Of a DNA stretch of 64,000 nt, positions 31,314 through 41,240 are shown in pieces (the first letter of the stretch is position 1; the number at the start of each line of letters is the position of its first letter). Source of the stretch: Candidatus Bathyarchaeota archaeon (GTDB lineage: Archaea; Thermoproteota; Bathyarchaeia; Bathyarchaeales; Bathycorpusculaceae). Below the pieces are notes generated by a model. The model saw nothing but the letters and a program-made list of their open reading frames with translations, did no database searches and was not told where the DNA came from. The stretch covers positions 256,001 to 320,000 of the forward strand of contig OY970340.1 of NCBI GenBank assembly GCA_963717465.1, read 5' to 3'. The position numbers and the translations under genes were made by a program.

Positions 31314-31973
31314 TTACTTTCGTTTATTTTGAAGGCGCTTTATTGTTCTTTCAAAGTTTAGTTTGAATGGCACTGGTTTGCCGTAAGCTGTGCATTTTTT
31401 GTTGAGGATTGCTTTAGTTATGGCTTCAAGGTTTGGCTCGGCTTCGATGACAGTGTACCCGCAGCCGATGGCTGGTCCGTAATGAGCGTCAGTGCCGCCG
31501 ACTGTTGGAAGACCAAGTTTTTCTGCGACTTCAGTTGCTTTCCTCTTGCTGTAGTTAAATGGGAAGGCTGAAGCGTTTATGGTTTCGATTGCATCAAATT
31601 TGCTTGTTACATGTTTGTTAAGGCTTCCTTTGAACAGAGCGTAAGGGTGACAGGCAACGGCTAATCCGCCTGCTTCATGTATTCTGTCCACTGTTTCTTG
31701 CGCAGTTAAGCCTCGTGGAATTAATGTTTCAAGGTTAAGAGCAACTATATGTCCGTCTGCGCTTGAAACCTCCATGCCTGGAATAACGAGAAAATCTGTT
31801 TCCTTAGCAATCTTAAGCGCGCCCTCAATTGTATTGTGGTCTGTTACTGCTACTGCGTTTAACCCGTTCTTTTTCGCGTAAAAAATTAGTTCTTTCGGCG
31901 TGATTAGTGAATCTGAAGAATAATTCGTGTGCACATGGAGGTCGGCGACGACGGGCAATGTTTTTAGCCTCAT
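31314..31973 (-). CDS. PHP-domain phosphoesterase
   Basis: DLHVHT.YS.D, VTDHN, G.EVS, CHPY, GTDAH. Confidence 0.93.
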   Translation of the reverse strand: MRLKTLPVVADLHVHTNYSSDSLITPKELIFYAKKNGLNAVAVTDHNTIEGALKIAKETDFLVIPGMEVSSADGHIVALNLETLIPRGLTAQETVDRIHEAGGLAVACHPYALFKGSLNKHVTSKFDAIETINASAFPFNYSKRKATEVAEKLGLPTVGGTDAHYGPAIGCGYTVIEAEPNLEAITKAILNKKCTAYGKPVPFKLNFERTIKRLQNKRK

Positions 31974-31977
31974 TTGT

Positions 31978-33684
31978 TTATGTTTTTGATGTTTGACCTC
32001 TTATCGTCATTAGCATTTCATCCAGTTTATTTTCGTCAGCTTCAATTTTGTGGAATAAAGGTTTTGCAACACCTATTTTGTGGCCTGTTGGAAGAGGCTC
32101 TAATGCGTCGTTGAATCTGGCTTTGTGGACGCTTCCTGGAAGATTAAGTATTTGCCATAGTTGTTCTGCAGTGTTAGGAATGAAAGGTGCGCATACAACC
32201 GTGCAGGCTTTCACTACTTGAGCTGCCACGTAGAATATTGATTCGGCTTTTTCCTTATCGGTCTTCAAAAGCTTCCAGGGTTCTTTCTCGTTTAGATACT
32301 GATTTCCAAGACGACTGATTGCGATTAACGTGTTGGTTGCTGATTGGAAGTTCGAATCCTCAAGGTCTTTGGCTACGCTTGAGACTTTTTCTTTTAATTC
32401 TTCGAATATTTTTTTGTCATTGTCGTCCAGTTTGCTTGCTGTTGGAATTGTGCTGTTAAATTTTGAGTTAATGAATGAAAGAGTTCGGTGTATAAAGTTT
32501 CCAAAAGTGTCATTTAGGTCAGCGTTGATTTTATCTGTAAATGCTTCCCATGAGAAATTTGTGTCTTTGCTTTCTGGTCGAGTAGCGATGAGAAAGAAGC
32601 GCCAGTAATCTACAGGGAACATTTCTAAGGCTTCGTCTATCCATATACCGATTCTTTGGCTTTTTGATGCTTTTTGACCCTTAAACTGCAAGAATTCAGT
32701 TGCGGAAACTGTCCAAGGCAGATTGTAGCCTTCACCTGAAGCCAAGAGCAAAGCAGGAAGAATAATTGTGTGAAAAGGAATGTTATCTTTACCAACAAAG
32801 TACAAAGTTTTAGCGTCCTTGTTAAACCAGAATTCCCGCCATTTCTCAGGTTGACCAAGACGTTGACACTGCTCGATAGTGGCTGAAACGTAACCTAAAA
32901 CAGCATCTACCCAAACGTAAATGGTTTTGCCCTGGGCTCCTTCAAAAGGCGCTGGAATTCCCCATTCTACATCGCGAGTTACTGCTCGGGGTTTTAAGCC
33001 TTCTTTTATCCAGTTTAAACTAAAATTTTTAACGTTTGAAGGAAGATGCTGGTTATCTCTTAAGTACTGGTTTAACGGCTCGGAGAGTTTAGAGAGGTCA
33101 ATGTACCAGTGTCGGGTAGTTTTTTGCACCGGCGAACTCTTGCAGATAACACAATAAGGCTCAACAAGCAAAGTTGGCTCTAAAAGTTTGCCGCAGCGGT
33201 CGCATTGGTCTCCGCGGGCTTTTTCATAACCGCAGTATGGGCATTTGCCTTCAACGAATCGGTCAGGCAGAAAACGATGATCTTTTTCGCAGTAAAGCAT
33301 CTTTGTATCCTGCGGGAATATGTAGCCGTTCTTTTGAATTTCAAGCAGGATTTTCCGTACAAACTCTTTGTGAACTGGACTTTCAGTGGTGGTGTAATTG
33401 TCAAAGGAGGCACCCCATTCTTTGAATAATTTAGTGACCCGTGCATGGTTTCTGTCAGTTAATTCTTTAGGCGTAATATGCTGTCTTAACGCTTCAACCT
33501 CAATGGGCGTGCCATGGGTATCTGAACCGCTAACCATAAGAACATCATCACCTCGCATTCTGTAATATCGGGCTGCAACATCAGCGGACAAAACTGACCC
33601 AACTAAGTTGCCAAGGTGCGGTGTCACGTTAATGTAGGGCCAAGCGGACGTGACCAAAACTTTTTCAGGCAAACTATACCACAA
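31978..33684 (-). CDS. metG: Methionyl-tRNA synthetase (short form without the C-terminal tRNA-binding domain)
   Basis: PYIN..PHLGN, GSDTHGTP, Zn knuckles, YVW.DA, GKDNIPFH, KASKS. Confidence 0.96.
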   Translation of the reverse strand: MWYSLPEKVLVTSAWPYINVTPHLGNLVGSVLSADVAARYYRMRGDDVLMVSGSDTHGTPIEVEALRQHITPKELTDRNHARVTKLFKEWGASFDNYTTTESPVHKEFVRKILLEIQKNGYIFPQDTKMLYCEKDHRFLPDRFVEGKCPYCGYEKARGDQCDRCGKLLEPTLLVEPYCVICKSSPVQKTTRHWYIDLSKLSEPLNQYLRDNQHLPSNVKNFSLNWIKEGLKPRAVTRDVEWGIPAPFEGAQGKTIYVWVDAVLGYVSATIEQCQRLGQPEKWREFWFNKDAKTLYFVGKDNIPFHTIILPALLLASGEGYNLPWTVSATEFLQFKGQKASKSQRIGIWIDEALEMFPVDYWRFFLIATRPESKDTNFSWEAFTDKINADLNDTFGNFIHRTLSFINSKFNSTIPTASKLDDNDKKIFEELKEKVSSVAKDLEDSNFQSATNTLIAISRLGNQYLNEKEPWKLLKTDKEKAESIFYVAAQVVKACTVVCAPFIPNTAEQLWQILNLPGSVHKARFNDALEPLPTGHKIGVAKPLFHKIEADENKLDEMLMTIRGQTSKT

Positions 33685-33974
33685 ACAATTCGTTTAGTAG
33701 CAACCTTATTAAAATTGCTATTATTGGGTTCTAAAAACTCATTTGACGTTACTATTCTTGGCTAATCAATCATAATCACCGAGACTTTGCACATTAATTA
33801 GCGTGTTAAAATTGGGAATGACGCTGCTTTGGAAGAAGAATTTGTCAGGGATTATTTTGTTGCCAACTTCTGCTTTTTACCAATTGCTGAGTATAGCAGT
33901 AAGCTCTTTTACGGGTCTCTTTGGTAACGCTTAAATAATAAAGTCAGCAATACCCCGTAACTTGAGGTTTAACG

Positions 33975-35018
33975 ATGCCTTATTGCAGAAATTGCGGCGC
34001 CAAGTTGCGAGATGACGCAAAATACTGTTATCATTGTGGGACAAAAGTAATTCCCTTAACAGGAACGTATGAAGTTCCCAGAGTTGCGAGAAGAAATTAT
34101 CTATTGCCTGTTTTAATCCTAATAGGAGTAGTAATTTGCGCATTGGTTTTTAGCGCAATAGCGTTTGTTCCTTTTTCGCCAGTGAATTTTAACCAAACAA
34201 ATGAACTGTCTCAGCCAAACGTTAATCAGCTAAATCTGAATTTTCAAGCCGACACTGCTGATGTAAATGTTATCCTGACGAACTCAACGGGCGAGACATT
34301 GCTTATGAACGTTTCAGCCACTGGATCAACAAACACCTTAGGGACAGCTAATGCTATCACTGTTTCTTTTGCTAATAGCACTGTGAATAATGTGCTAACG
34401 GTCAACGCGTCGATTTCTGATAGCTTGCCTTTCTTTGACGATGTTCAAGTAACATGCAATATTTACATTGACCCTAATGTAACAATGGATCTTAAAGTTG
34501 GCTCAGACGTCGGGCAAATTTCAATTGATGCTGAAACTCCAACGGCTATTAAAAATCTGGATCTATCGACAACAACAGGCAGCACTCAAGCAACCTTAGG
34601 AAAAAATGTAACCGTCGCTGGTGACGTCTCAATAACGACGACCACTGGAAGTGTATCTTTACTAATGAACCAGCCAAGTATTTCAGGAAACATCACAATT
34701 AGTCTTCAGTCAACAACGGGTTCAGTGAATTTGAACACAACTGAACTCAAGGAACTTTCAGGCAATATTCAAGTTAACGCTGCCACTACAACAGGTTCAA
34801 TTAACCTTAACATGGTAATTAACGGCGATGTCGGAGCAAAAATCACTTATAGCACAAACATTGGAAGCACAAGCTTACAAGACACTCAAGGCTTTTCTGG
34901 AAGTAAATCACCAATCCAATCAAGCAATTATCCTGCTGACAGCAACATTCTCGTAAACCTAAACACAAATGTTGGTGGAATCACAATAGAAGCAGTTTAC
35001 GAAGCCATAAAGATCTAA
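33975..35018 (+). CDS. Zinc-ribbon + TM + beta-strand repeat (DUF4097-like) surface protein
   Basis: YCRNCG......KYCYHCG, hydrophobic helix, repeated TTTGSV units. Confidence 0.8.
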   Translation: MPYCRNCGAKLRDDAKYCYHCGTKVIPLTGTYEVPRVARRNYLLPVLILIGVVICALVFSAIAFVPFSPVNFNQTNELSQPNVNQLNLNFQADTADVNVILTNSTGETLLMNVSATGSTNTLGTANAITVSFANSTVNNVLTVNASISDSLPFFDDVQVTCNIYIDPNVTMDLKVGSDVGQISIDAETPTAIKNLDLSTTTGSTQATLGKNVTVAGDVSITTTTGSVSLLMNQPSISGNITISLQSTTGSVNLNTTELKELSGNIQVNAATTTGSINLNMVINGDVGAKITYSTNIGSTSLQDTQGFSGSKSPIQSSNYPADSNILVNLNTNVGGITIEAVYEAIKI

Positions 35019-35145
35019 TTTTGTCTACTTCGAATACGTTTTGTAATTGATTTTTGATTCAAAATTTTTAAAGCCAAATCCGAAGCTACGCGCCAGAAAA
35101 ATATTTTACACATTTATTGCAGAACCAAGCTACATGCAAGTAAGC

Positions 35146-35184
35146 ATACTTAACAGATACTTAACAGATAACAAGATACTTGTT
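35146..35184. promoter_or_regulatory. Tandem 11-mer and palindrome upstream of metK (putative operator)
   Basis: ATACTTAACAG twice (35146-35167), then AACAAG-ATA-CTTGTT (35170-35184). Confidence 0.5.
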
Positions 35185-35280
35185 TCGTGTGGTATTCAAA
35201 TAGCTTGTTAGCGCAGAAAACCTTTTAAGAAAAGCTTCAAGTTACATTTTTCGTAGTGAAATAAAAACCGAAGGATACTC

Positions 35281-36459
35281 ATGAAGAGAAATGGAAAATA
35301 CTTGTTTACTTCTGAATCAGTCGGAGAAGGACATCCTGATAAAGTTGCAGATCAAATATCTGACAGCATCCTAGACGCTATATTTTCAAGCGATCCAAAA
35401 GCACGCGTTGACTGCGAAACTCTGGTGATGCAGGGAACAGTAATGATTACAGGCCAAATAACCACTTCAACATATGTCAATATTCCAAAAATTGTTAGAG
35501 AAACTTTGAAAGGAATCGGGCTTGACAACTCTAAGGATGGTTTAGACTGGGAAACTTGTGGAATACTGGTTTCCTTAACTGAGCAGTCGCCGGACATTGC
35601 ACAGGGTGTTAATGAATCAGCTGGACATGAGCAGGGAGCAGGAGATCAAGGAATGGTTTTTGGCTACGCTACTAATGAGACTAAAGAGTTGATGCCTCTG
35701 CCAATTATGCTTTCTCATAAACTGGTTAAGCGTTTGGCAGATTGTAGAAAGCAGGGTATTTTGCCTTATTTACGTGCTGATTGCAAGAGTCAGGTTACAG
35801 TAGAGTATGATGAGGGTAAACCTAAATGCGTAAGAACCGTGGTTATTGCTGCTCAAAATAACGGAAACATCGAGGACGAAAAGTTAAGAAAAGACATAAT
35901 TGAGCAGGTAATAAAGAAAGTTATTCCTGCTGAAATGCTAAGCTCAGACATAAAATACGTTATTAACGGCACAGGAAGATTTGTAATCGGTGGAACACTA
36001 GCAGATTCAGGGTTAACAGGAAGAAAAATTATCGTTGACACTTACGGCGGCGTTGGAAGCCACGGCGGCGGATGCTTCAGCGGCAAAGACCCATCCAAAG
36101 TCGACCGTTCAGGCTGCTACATGGCAAGATACATTGCAAAAAACATTGTCGCCGCTGGATTAGCTGAGCAATGCGAAATTCAAATCTCTTACGCTATCGG
36201 CGTTGCACAGCCAATTTCAGTCTTAGTCAACACTTATGAAACTGGGAAACTGCCTGATGAGCAACTACTTGAATTGGTTAAGATAAACTTTGACATGCGA
36301 CCTAAGGCTATTATTGATCAGCTGAATCTGTTGAGACCGATATACAAGAAAACAGCAGTTTTTGGTCATTTCGGAAGAGAAGATTCTGATTTCCCATGGG
36401 AAAAAACTGACAAAGTTGAAATATTGCAGAAAGCTGCCAAAGCAGCCATCAAAGCATAA
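35281..36459 (+). CDS. metK: S-adenosylmethionine synthetase, bacterial/eukaryotic type
   Basis: [40 protein letters not shown]. Confidence 0.97.
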   Translation: MKRNGKYLFTSESVGEGHPDKVADQISDSILDAIFSSDPKARVDCETLVMQGTVMITGQITTSTYVNIPKIVRETLKGIGLDNSKDGLDWETCGILVSLTEQSPDIAQGVNESAGHEQGAGDQGMVFGYATNETKELMPLPIMLSHKLVKRLADCRKQGILPYLRADCKSQVTVEYDEGKPKCVRTVVIAAQNNGNIEDEKLRKDIIEQVIKKVIPAEMLSSDIKYVINGTGRFVIGGTLADSGLTGRKIIVDTYGGVGSHGGGCFSGKDPSKVDRSGCYMARYIAKNIVAAGLAEQCEIQISYAIGVAQPISVLVNTYETGKLPDEQLLELVKINFDMRPKAIIDQLNLLRPIYKKTAVFGHFGREDSDFPWEKTDKVEILQKAAKAAIKA

Positions 36460-36603
36460 TTCTTTCTTTTTTACACATCGTTTCTTTTGCTTTAAGTTTC
36501 TTTAGCTTAGCTGTCTGAAATCGATTAACTTTTTAAATTACGATTCATTTTGAGGCACACTACAAATGTAATGTAATACACTACAAACTAACTTGATAGA
36601 ACA

Positions 36604-37779
36604 TCATTTTACCTTCTTTAAGTAGAAATTGATTAATCCCTTAAGGAGACTATCTTGGCATTTAAGAAAGTAATAGGTTTTTTCAGATTTGCATCCACGC
36701 TCTATTTTCGCCTTCTCTGAACCTATTCTAAAATGAATTCTTTTTAATCTTCTTTGAATTGCTAATTTTATTGGCTCATAATAGACTAAATTAAAGTACA
36801 CAAAATCCGTCTTTCCTAAACTTGCATAATCAAAGCCGCAAAAATAAACATCAAGAGTTTCTTTATGCTGTAAAGATAGCGAGAAGCCAACTAATGTATC
36901 GGCTTTTTGTGCTATGAATACTTTTGTTTTATCTTTTGCATGTTCACTTAGCATTTGAAAAAAAAGTGGATCATAAGGGCTCTTAGCGTCGCTAGTATAT
37001 TTTGAAAAAAGATTAGAATATAAAGTGGAAAGCTTTTCTGAGAGTGCCTCGAAATCTTTTTCTTCTGAAACTGTCACGCCGCTGTCTTGACAGTTTTTGA
37101 TTTCCCTTTTGATAATATTTCTTGTCTTGTGATTAAATCCTCCTAAATATTCATCGAATTCACTCCATTGAATGTCAAGATACCAAGTTTTTAAGAAATG
37201 GTGGTTAAGATATCCGAAGTCTTGAAGATTTGATATCAAGGCTTTGTCGAACTCAGAGACATATGGAAAGCAACTAAATGGGATTCTTTGTATTTTGCAA
37301 AGATCATCGATCTTTTTTAGAAAAATATCTAGATAATTTTTGGTAGATGCTTTTTCTTTAAGCAAGATCTGGCTATGGAAGGAATTTGGCGAATGACAAT
37401 TCAGTTGTCGATTTGACAGAAAGCCCAAAGTGTCGCTAATCTTAATTATTCTGCCTAAACGTGAAGTTTGTTTGTTGTTGAAGGGCTCGATTAGGTAAGG
37501 TGCTATTGCTTCTACTTTGTCCTTATTGCATATAACTAAATAAAACGGCTTAAAGGGGGATGATTTTGTGGTTTCAAGAGTTTTGAAATATTCATAAGTG
37601 AAAAAGCCATCGTCAGCAATGGAATTGAGTGCCGTTCTGCCAATCAGGTCGATATTTTTTAGAGTTTTAAATTGATATTGAGTCGTCAATAGGCTTGTCA
37701 TCTCGCTCTGTTTTATCTTTTTTGTGCTTTCTAATTCGCTGCGAGTGCTTTTTGATGTCCGAACATTCCTATCCACCAT
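36604..37779 (-). CDS. GNAT/FemAB-like acyltransferase
   Basis: W.EFDEYL......R..I.RE; VYFNLVYYEPI..AI; K..RGC. Confidence 0.8.
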   Translation of the reverse strand: MVDRNVRTSKSTRSELESTKKIKQSEMTSLLTTQYQFKTLKNIDLIGRTALNSIADDGFFTYEYFKTLETTKSSPFKPFYLVICNKDKVEAIAPYLIEPFNNKQTSRLGRIIKISDTLGFLSNRQLNCHSPNSFHSQILLKEKASTKNYLDIFLKKIDDLCKIQRIPFSCFPYVSEFDKALISNLQDFGYLNHHFLKTWYLDIQWSEFDEYLGGFNHKTRNIIKREIKNCQDSGVTVSEEKDFEALSEKLSTLYSNLFSKYTSDAKSPYDPLFFQMLSEHAKDKTKVFIAQKADTLVGFSLSLQHKETLDVYFCGFDYASLGKTDFVYFNLVYYEPIKLAIQRRLKRIHFRIGSEKAKIERGCKSEKTYYFLKCQDSLLKGLINFYLKKVK

Positions 37780-38993
37780 CGCTCTTTAATGATTTTTTTG
37801 ACCTGTGAATTTGACATGGCGAAAAAGGGGAAAAGGTCATCGATTGCAAACCAAGCTGCTTCTTGAACTCCGTTAAGAGATTTAAGCCATTGACTTGCTG
37901 TGAGTGCGCCTCGAAGATAACCACTTGCGCTTGAAAAGAAGTCGAAGTTTTCTAAAAACCATTTTCTGCCGTCTGATACATAACTTTGTTCAACAGTTTG
38001 GCCTGTTAAGTCTAAGTATTCAGCACGAACAACATCTAGACCATTGGTTCCTGTAAAAAGTCTGAATGTTGCGCCAATACGAGGATTCATATCGAGAATT
38101 TTATACGTGTGATCTGTGCGGTCAAACACGAAATCAATGTCAACTATTCCTTTGTATTTTAGATTTTTCATGAGTTGCTTTGACAAGGAGGCAAGTTCTT
38201 CATTATTCAAACAAGCGCCTAGAGATGTCGCACCACCGTCAAAAGGTGATTGACGCACTTTAAATCCAGTAGAGCCGAACAAACATTGAGATTCATTATT
38301 GAAATACCCATCAAACATCCAAAAGGTACTGTGAGGACTAGCAAAGTATTCTTGAACTATGTAATTTCCATTTAAGGCAGCTTCATGCCGATTGTAAAAG
38401 TCTAACAGGTCGGCTCTTGTTTTAGTCAAAAAGAACTTTTTGCCATTTATTTCATTTTTAGATTCATTTGGTTTAAGAACAACTGGAAAATTCAATTCCC
38501 TTATGTGTTCCTCAAGTATTTTTCTCGAGCTAAGAAAGAAAGTTAGTGGAGATGAAATACCATATTCTTTGGCAAGATTATACATTTGTTTCTTACTGAT
38601 GATGGATTGGATAAAATCATAGGGAAGCCTATGAAAGTAGAAGTATTTTTCTAATTCTTCACTATATTTCGCAATTAAACTAACATTTTGATCTGTTGTG
38701 CATAATAAAAGAGCCTTTTTTCCGATTTCCTCTCCGATTTTTGTAAGATACGTTAACAATTCGTTTTTTTCGTAACGGTTTTTCGGCAGAAAAAACATTT
38801 TTTTGTAGTATTTTGAGTTAATGCATGGGTTTTTTGGTTCTCGATTTAGTCCATAAATAGTTATGCCGAGACGACCTAGACTACGTGCTATGCCGAGGCT
38901 TAAACGGTCATCTGAATCAAAGACAAGCACGGGTGTGGAAGTATCCCAACATGTTTCTTTGCACACGCGCTGTTTATGGTGTCTATTAACCAT
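37731..38993 (-). CDS. ATP-grasp carboxylate-amine ligase (D-aspartate-ligase-like)
   Basis: LGIARSLGR.GI, FPVVLKP, IVQEY, K.RQ.P, D.NPRIG. Confidence 0.85.
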   Translation of the reverse strand: MVNRHHKQRVCKETCWDTSTPVLVFDSDDRLSLGIARSLGRLGITIYGLNREPKNPCINSKYYKKMFFLPKNRYEKNELLTYLTKIGEEIGKKALLLCTTDQNVSLIAKYSEELEKYFYFHRLPYDFIQSIISKKQMYNLAKEYGISSPLTFFLSSRKILEEHIRELNFPVVLKPNESKNEINGKKFFLTKTRADLLDFYNRHEAALNGNYIVQEYFASPHSTFWMFDGYFNNESQCLFGSTGFKVRQSPFDGGATSLGACLNNEELASLSKQLMKNLKYKGIVDIDFVFDRTDHTYKILDMNPRIGATFRLFTGTNGLDVVRAEYLDLTGQTVEQSYVSDGRKWFLENFDFFSSASGYLRGALTASQWLKSLNGVQEAAWFAIDDLFPFFAMSNSQVKKIIKERWWIGMFGHQKALAAN

Positions 38994-39324
38994 GCGCTAC
39001 CCTGCAAACTGAATTATTAATCTGCTCTTTTATAAGTCATATTTCTTGAAGCAGAATAGTTTCGTTAATGGACGCAAGTTCGCTCCAACTTCGCCGGTTA
39101 GCCGTTTAACCGAAAAACAACTGGATAAGTATTGTACCATCAAGCCATCGTCGTGTTGTGATGTAGTTGTTGTTGTGGACGTGTGTTGAGACAGTGGGAG
39201 AAGGAGAAGGGTTATGTGCAGGTTTGTTTGGGGATTAAAATTTAATCCGACCAACCTTTGGGAAGATTTAAAAAAATCATGAAGAAATTATAAGGTTAGC
39301 GCGCAAGCATCTTTAGGGAAAAGA

Positions 39325-39430
39325 TGGTGCGGTTACCGGGATTTGAACCCGGGTCGTCAGCTTGGGAAGCTTGCATGGTAACGTTAATGAAGCGTTACTT
39401 TGATGTCCTACCAAACTAGACTACAACCGC
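39325..39430 (-). tRNA. tRNA-Gly(CCC) with a 30-nt intron at position 29/30 (intron 39371-39400), CCA encoded
   Basis: GCGGTTG/TAACCGC acceptor stem; CCGGG-TTCAAAT-CCCGG T arm; removing the intron restores TCAGC-TTCCCAA-GCTGA; relaxed BHB motif. Confidence 0.95.
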
Positions 39431-39899
39431 ACAATACTACCTTCAATTCTGATACACGACATTTATTTAATGTTAGTGTTGACTGAAAGAATTTTCCAGT
39501 TGGTTAACTGCCAAGTATGCTCCACTTACGATAAAATGCTTTTATGCTATTCAAAGAGATATTTTGATAACGGAAATGCATTAAGCAAGAAGCGTAAACG
39601 ATGTAAACTTAAATTGCGTCGATGAATTGCGTGATTATTTACGGTACAAAGTGTTTAGAAAAGGGTATTCTGGAAGCTGAGGTTAATCTTTGTCAAGGAT
39701 GAATTAATCCTAGCGTTTTCGTTAAGTATTATTGGAGCCAGAGATTGAGTGAGTTAGGAGATAAGTGTTTGAAGCGATAAAACAGAATGGTATAATGACA
39801 AAAAACCTATCACCTTTCTATTTATAGAGTTCTTAAAGTGTCAGATTGCTTGGTCAAATAAACAAACAATCAGCGCACTCCTTAATTTTTTTTGAGGAA

Positions 39900-39998
39900 T
39901 TAAGCTTTCGGGTGGTCTAAACTATGCTTCGTTTGTATGTGACTTGCCATGTCTTCCTCGCTAAAAGTATTGTTGCAATATGTGCATCTTTTGTCCAT
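39900..39998 (-). CDS. 32-aa C2H2 zinc-finger protein
   Basis: MDKRCTYCNNTFSEEDMASHIQTKHSLDHPKA; strong GGAGGTGA RBS upstream. Confidence 0.75.
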   Translation of the reverse strand: MDKRCTYCNNTFSEEDMASHIQTKHSLDHPKA

Positions 39999-40300
39999 AT
40001 TATTTCACCTCCTAAAAACAATTCCAGTAAGTAGAAGTGCGATATTATAATAGGAATCAACTATATAGGCATGTTAATGGTTCTTTTATAAGTTATTTAT
40101 TATTTATGTTGATAGTTTTGAACTGGCTAGATTGTCTAGCCTATTTCTTTGTTTGTTGTTGTATGTTTGCACCAATATGTCTTTTGATTATTTAATAACA
40201 CACTAATGGGCTCTTTTGAAATTGTGGCTTGTTGCGTATTTTTGGTTGGGGATAAGGAGACTGCAACTTAGAAATTTTTGTTTTTGCAGGCAGGCATATA

Positions 40301-40328
40301 TAGTACTACTAAATACTATGCAATAGTA
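40301..40328. promoter_or_regulatory. TAGTA/TACTA palindromes upstream of the RHH gene (putative autoregulatory operator)
   Basis: TAGTACTA (40301-08) and TACTAT-GCA-ATAGTA (40314-28). Confidence 0.5.
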
Positions 40329-40339
40329 CAGGGTTAGAA

Positions 40340-40483
40340 GTGAGCGAAACAAGAAGACTTAACAAGACGTTGAAAATAAGTCCAGAAGTCCATAAAAGAC
40401 TTTTAGATTTTGGCAAGAAGTCAGAAACTATAGACCAAATAATTTCTAGACTTTTAGATATAGCTGAAAAGAAAGGAAAGTAA
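40340..40483 (+). CDS. 47-aa ribbon-helix-helix (CopG/antitoxin-like) protein
   Basis: KTLKISPEVHKRLLDFGKKSETIDQIISRLLD beta-alpha-alpha pattern. Confidence 0.75.
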   Translation: MSETRRLNKTLKISPEVHKRLLDFGKKSETIDQIISRLLDIAEKKGK

Positions 40484-40488
40484 AATTA

Positions 40489-40644
40489 GTGGATTCAAAT
40501 AATGAAACTGGGTACAGTGCTATAAAATGTCCCAAATGCAAGGAAAATGAATTCAGATTCACTCATAATGTAGGATGGTTCTGCTCGTATTGTGGTTATC
40601 GAATAAACATTGCTGATTATTTTAAAAAGGGATTGAACGCATGA
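40489..40644 (+). CDS. 51-aa zinc-ribbon protein
   Basis: KCPKCKE...WFCSYCGY. Confidence 0.7.
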   Translation: MDSNNETGYSAIKCPKCKENEFRFTHNVGWFCSYCGYRINIADYFKKGLNA

Positions 40645-40743
40645 AAGTTGAAGGCCCAGTTTGTTGACCGAAATCTACCTATGATAAAACCAAAGATGGA
40701 ACGATTGAAAAGAAGAAGGATTTGAAAAAGAGGCATAAAAAAC

Positions 40744-40995
40744 ATGAATAAAGGCAGATTATATGACGAATTAATTCCAATTGAACAATTATCTTATAAA
40801 GGTTGCAATACTCCTGAACTTGTGAATGCTAAAATAAAACAAATTTTAGATGAAGTAAAAAATGAAATGCCACCATTTATCGAGAAATGGGTTGATAAAG
40901 TAGACGGAAACCCTGATTGGAAAGCAACGTGCGACGCCATGGATGAAAGAAACAAACTAAGAGAACAGTGGTTCATTAAATGGTTTGGTGAATAA
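40744..40995 (+). CDS. Hypothetical protein in a virus-like small-ORF cluster
   Basis: 83-aa ORF packed among tiny co-oriented ORFs. Confidence 0.6.
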   Translation: MNKGRLYDELIPIEQLSYKGCNTPELVNAKIKQILDEVKNEMPPFIEKWVDKVDGNPDWKATCDAMDERNKLREQWFIKWFGE

Positions 40996-41122
40996 AAGGA
41001 AAATAAAATGCCCAGTTTGTAAAGACGAAGGAAACGATTACCGAAACGATTACCCAGACTCAATCGACTGCAAGCTTATAAAAGTTGTTTTTTATGATTG
41101 TTTTCCGTTTTTTGCTGGTTAG
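40988..41122 (+). CDS. Small CxxC ORF, probably truncated
   Basis: GTG overlaps the upstream stop; KIKCPVCKD; internal duplication of GAAACGATTACC at 41031-41054. Confidence 0.4.
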   Translation: MNKRKIKCPVCKDEGNDYRNDYPDSIDCKLIKVVFYDCFPFFAG

Positions 41123-41240
41123 GTTTGCGATCGTCTACGCGCGCTATCGTCAATAGTAGCTCTTTAATGTTTTGAAACTGGAAGCTATCTGCTGTATTTA
41201 AAAAAATGGAACTTGCCATGCCATGATACGGCTTTGCGTT

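Larger units (their letters stand above)
39900..41122. mobile_element. Probable provirus/plasmid remnant beside tRNA-Gly
   Basis: AT-rich, densely packed tiny zinc-finger and RHH ORFs; no integrase or att repeat seen. Confidence 0.55.

Noticed and set aside
39030..39254. Thr-rich ORF as a precursor peptide for the ATP-grasp ligase
   Set aside because: No RBS or convincing start, low-complexity sequence, and the ligase is not of the RimK/graspetide type
36460..41240. att direct repeat of tRNA-Gly, or an integrase
   Set aside because: No duplicate of either tRNA end and no recombinase ORF found by eye
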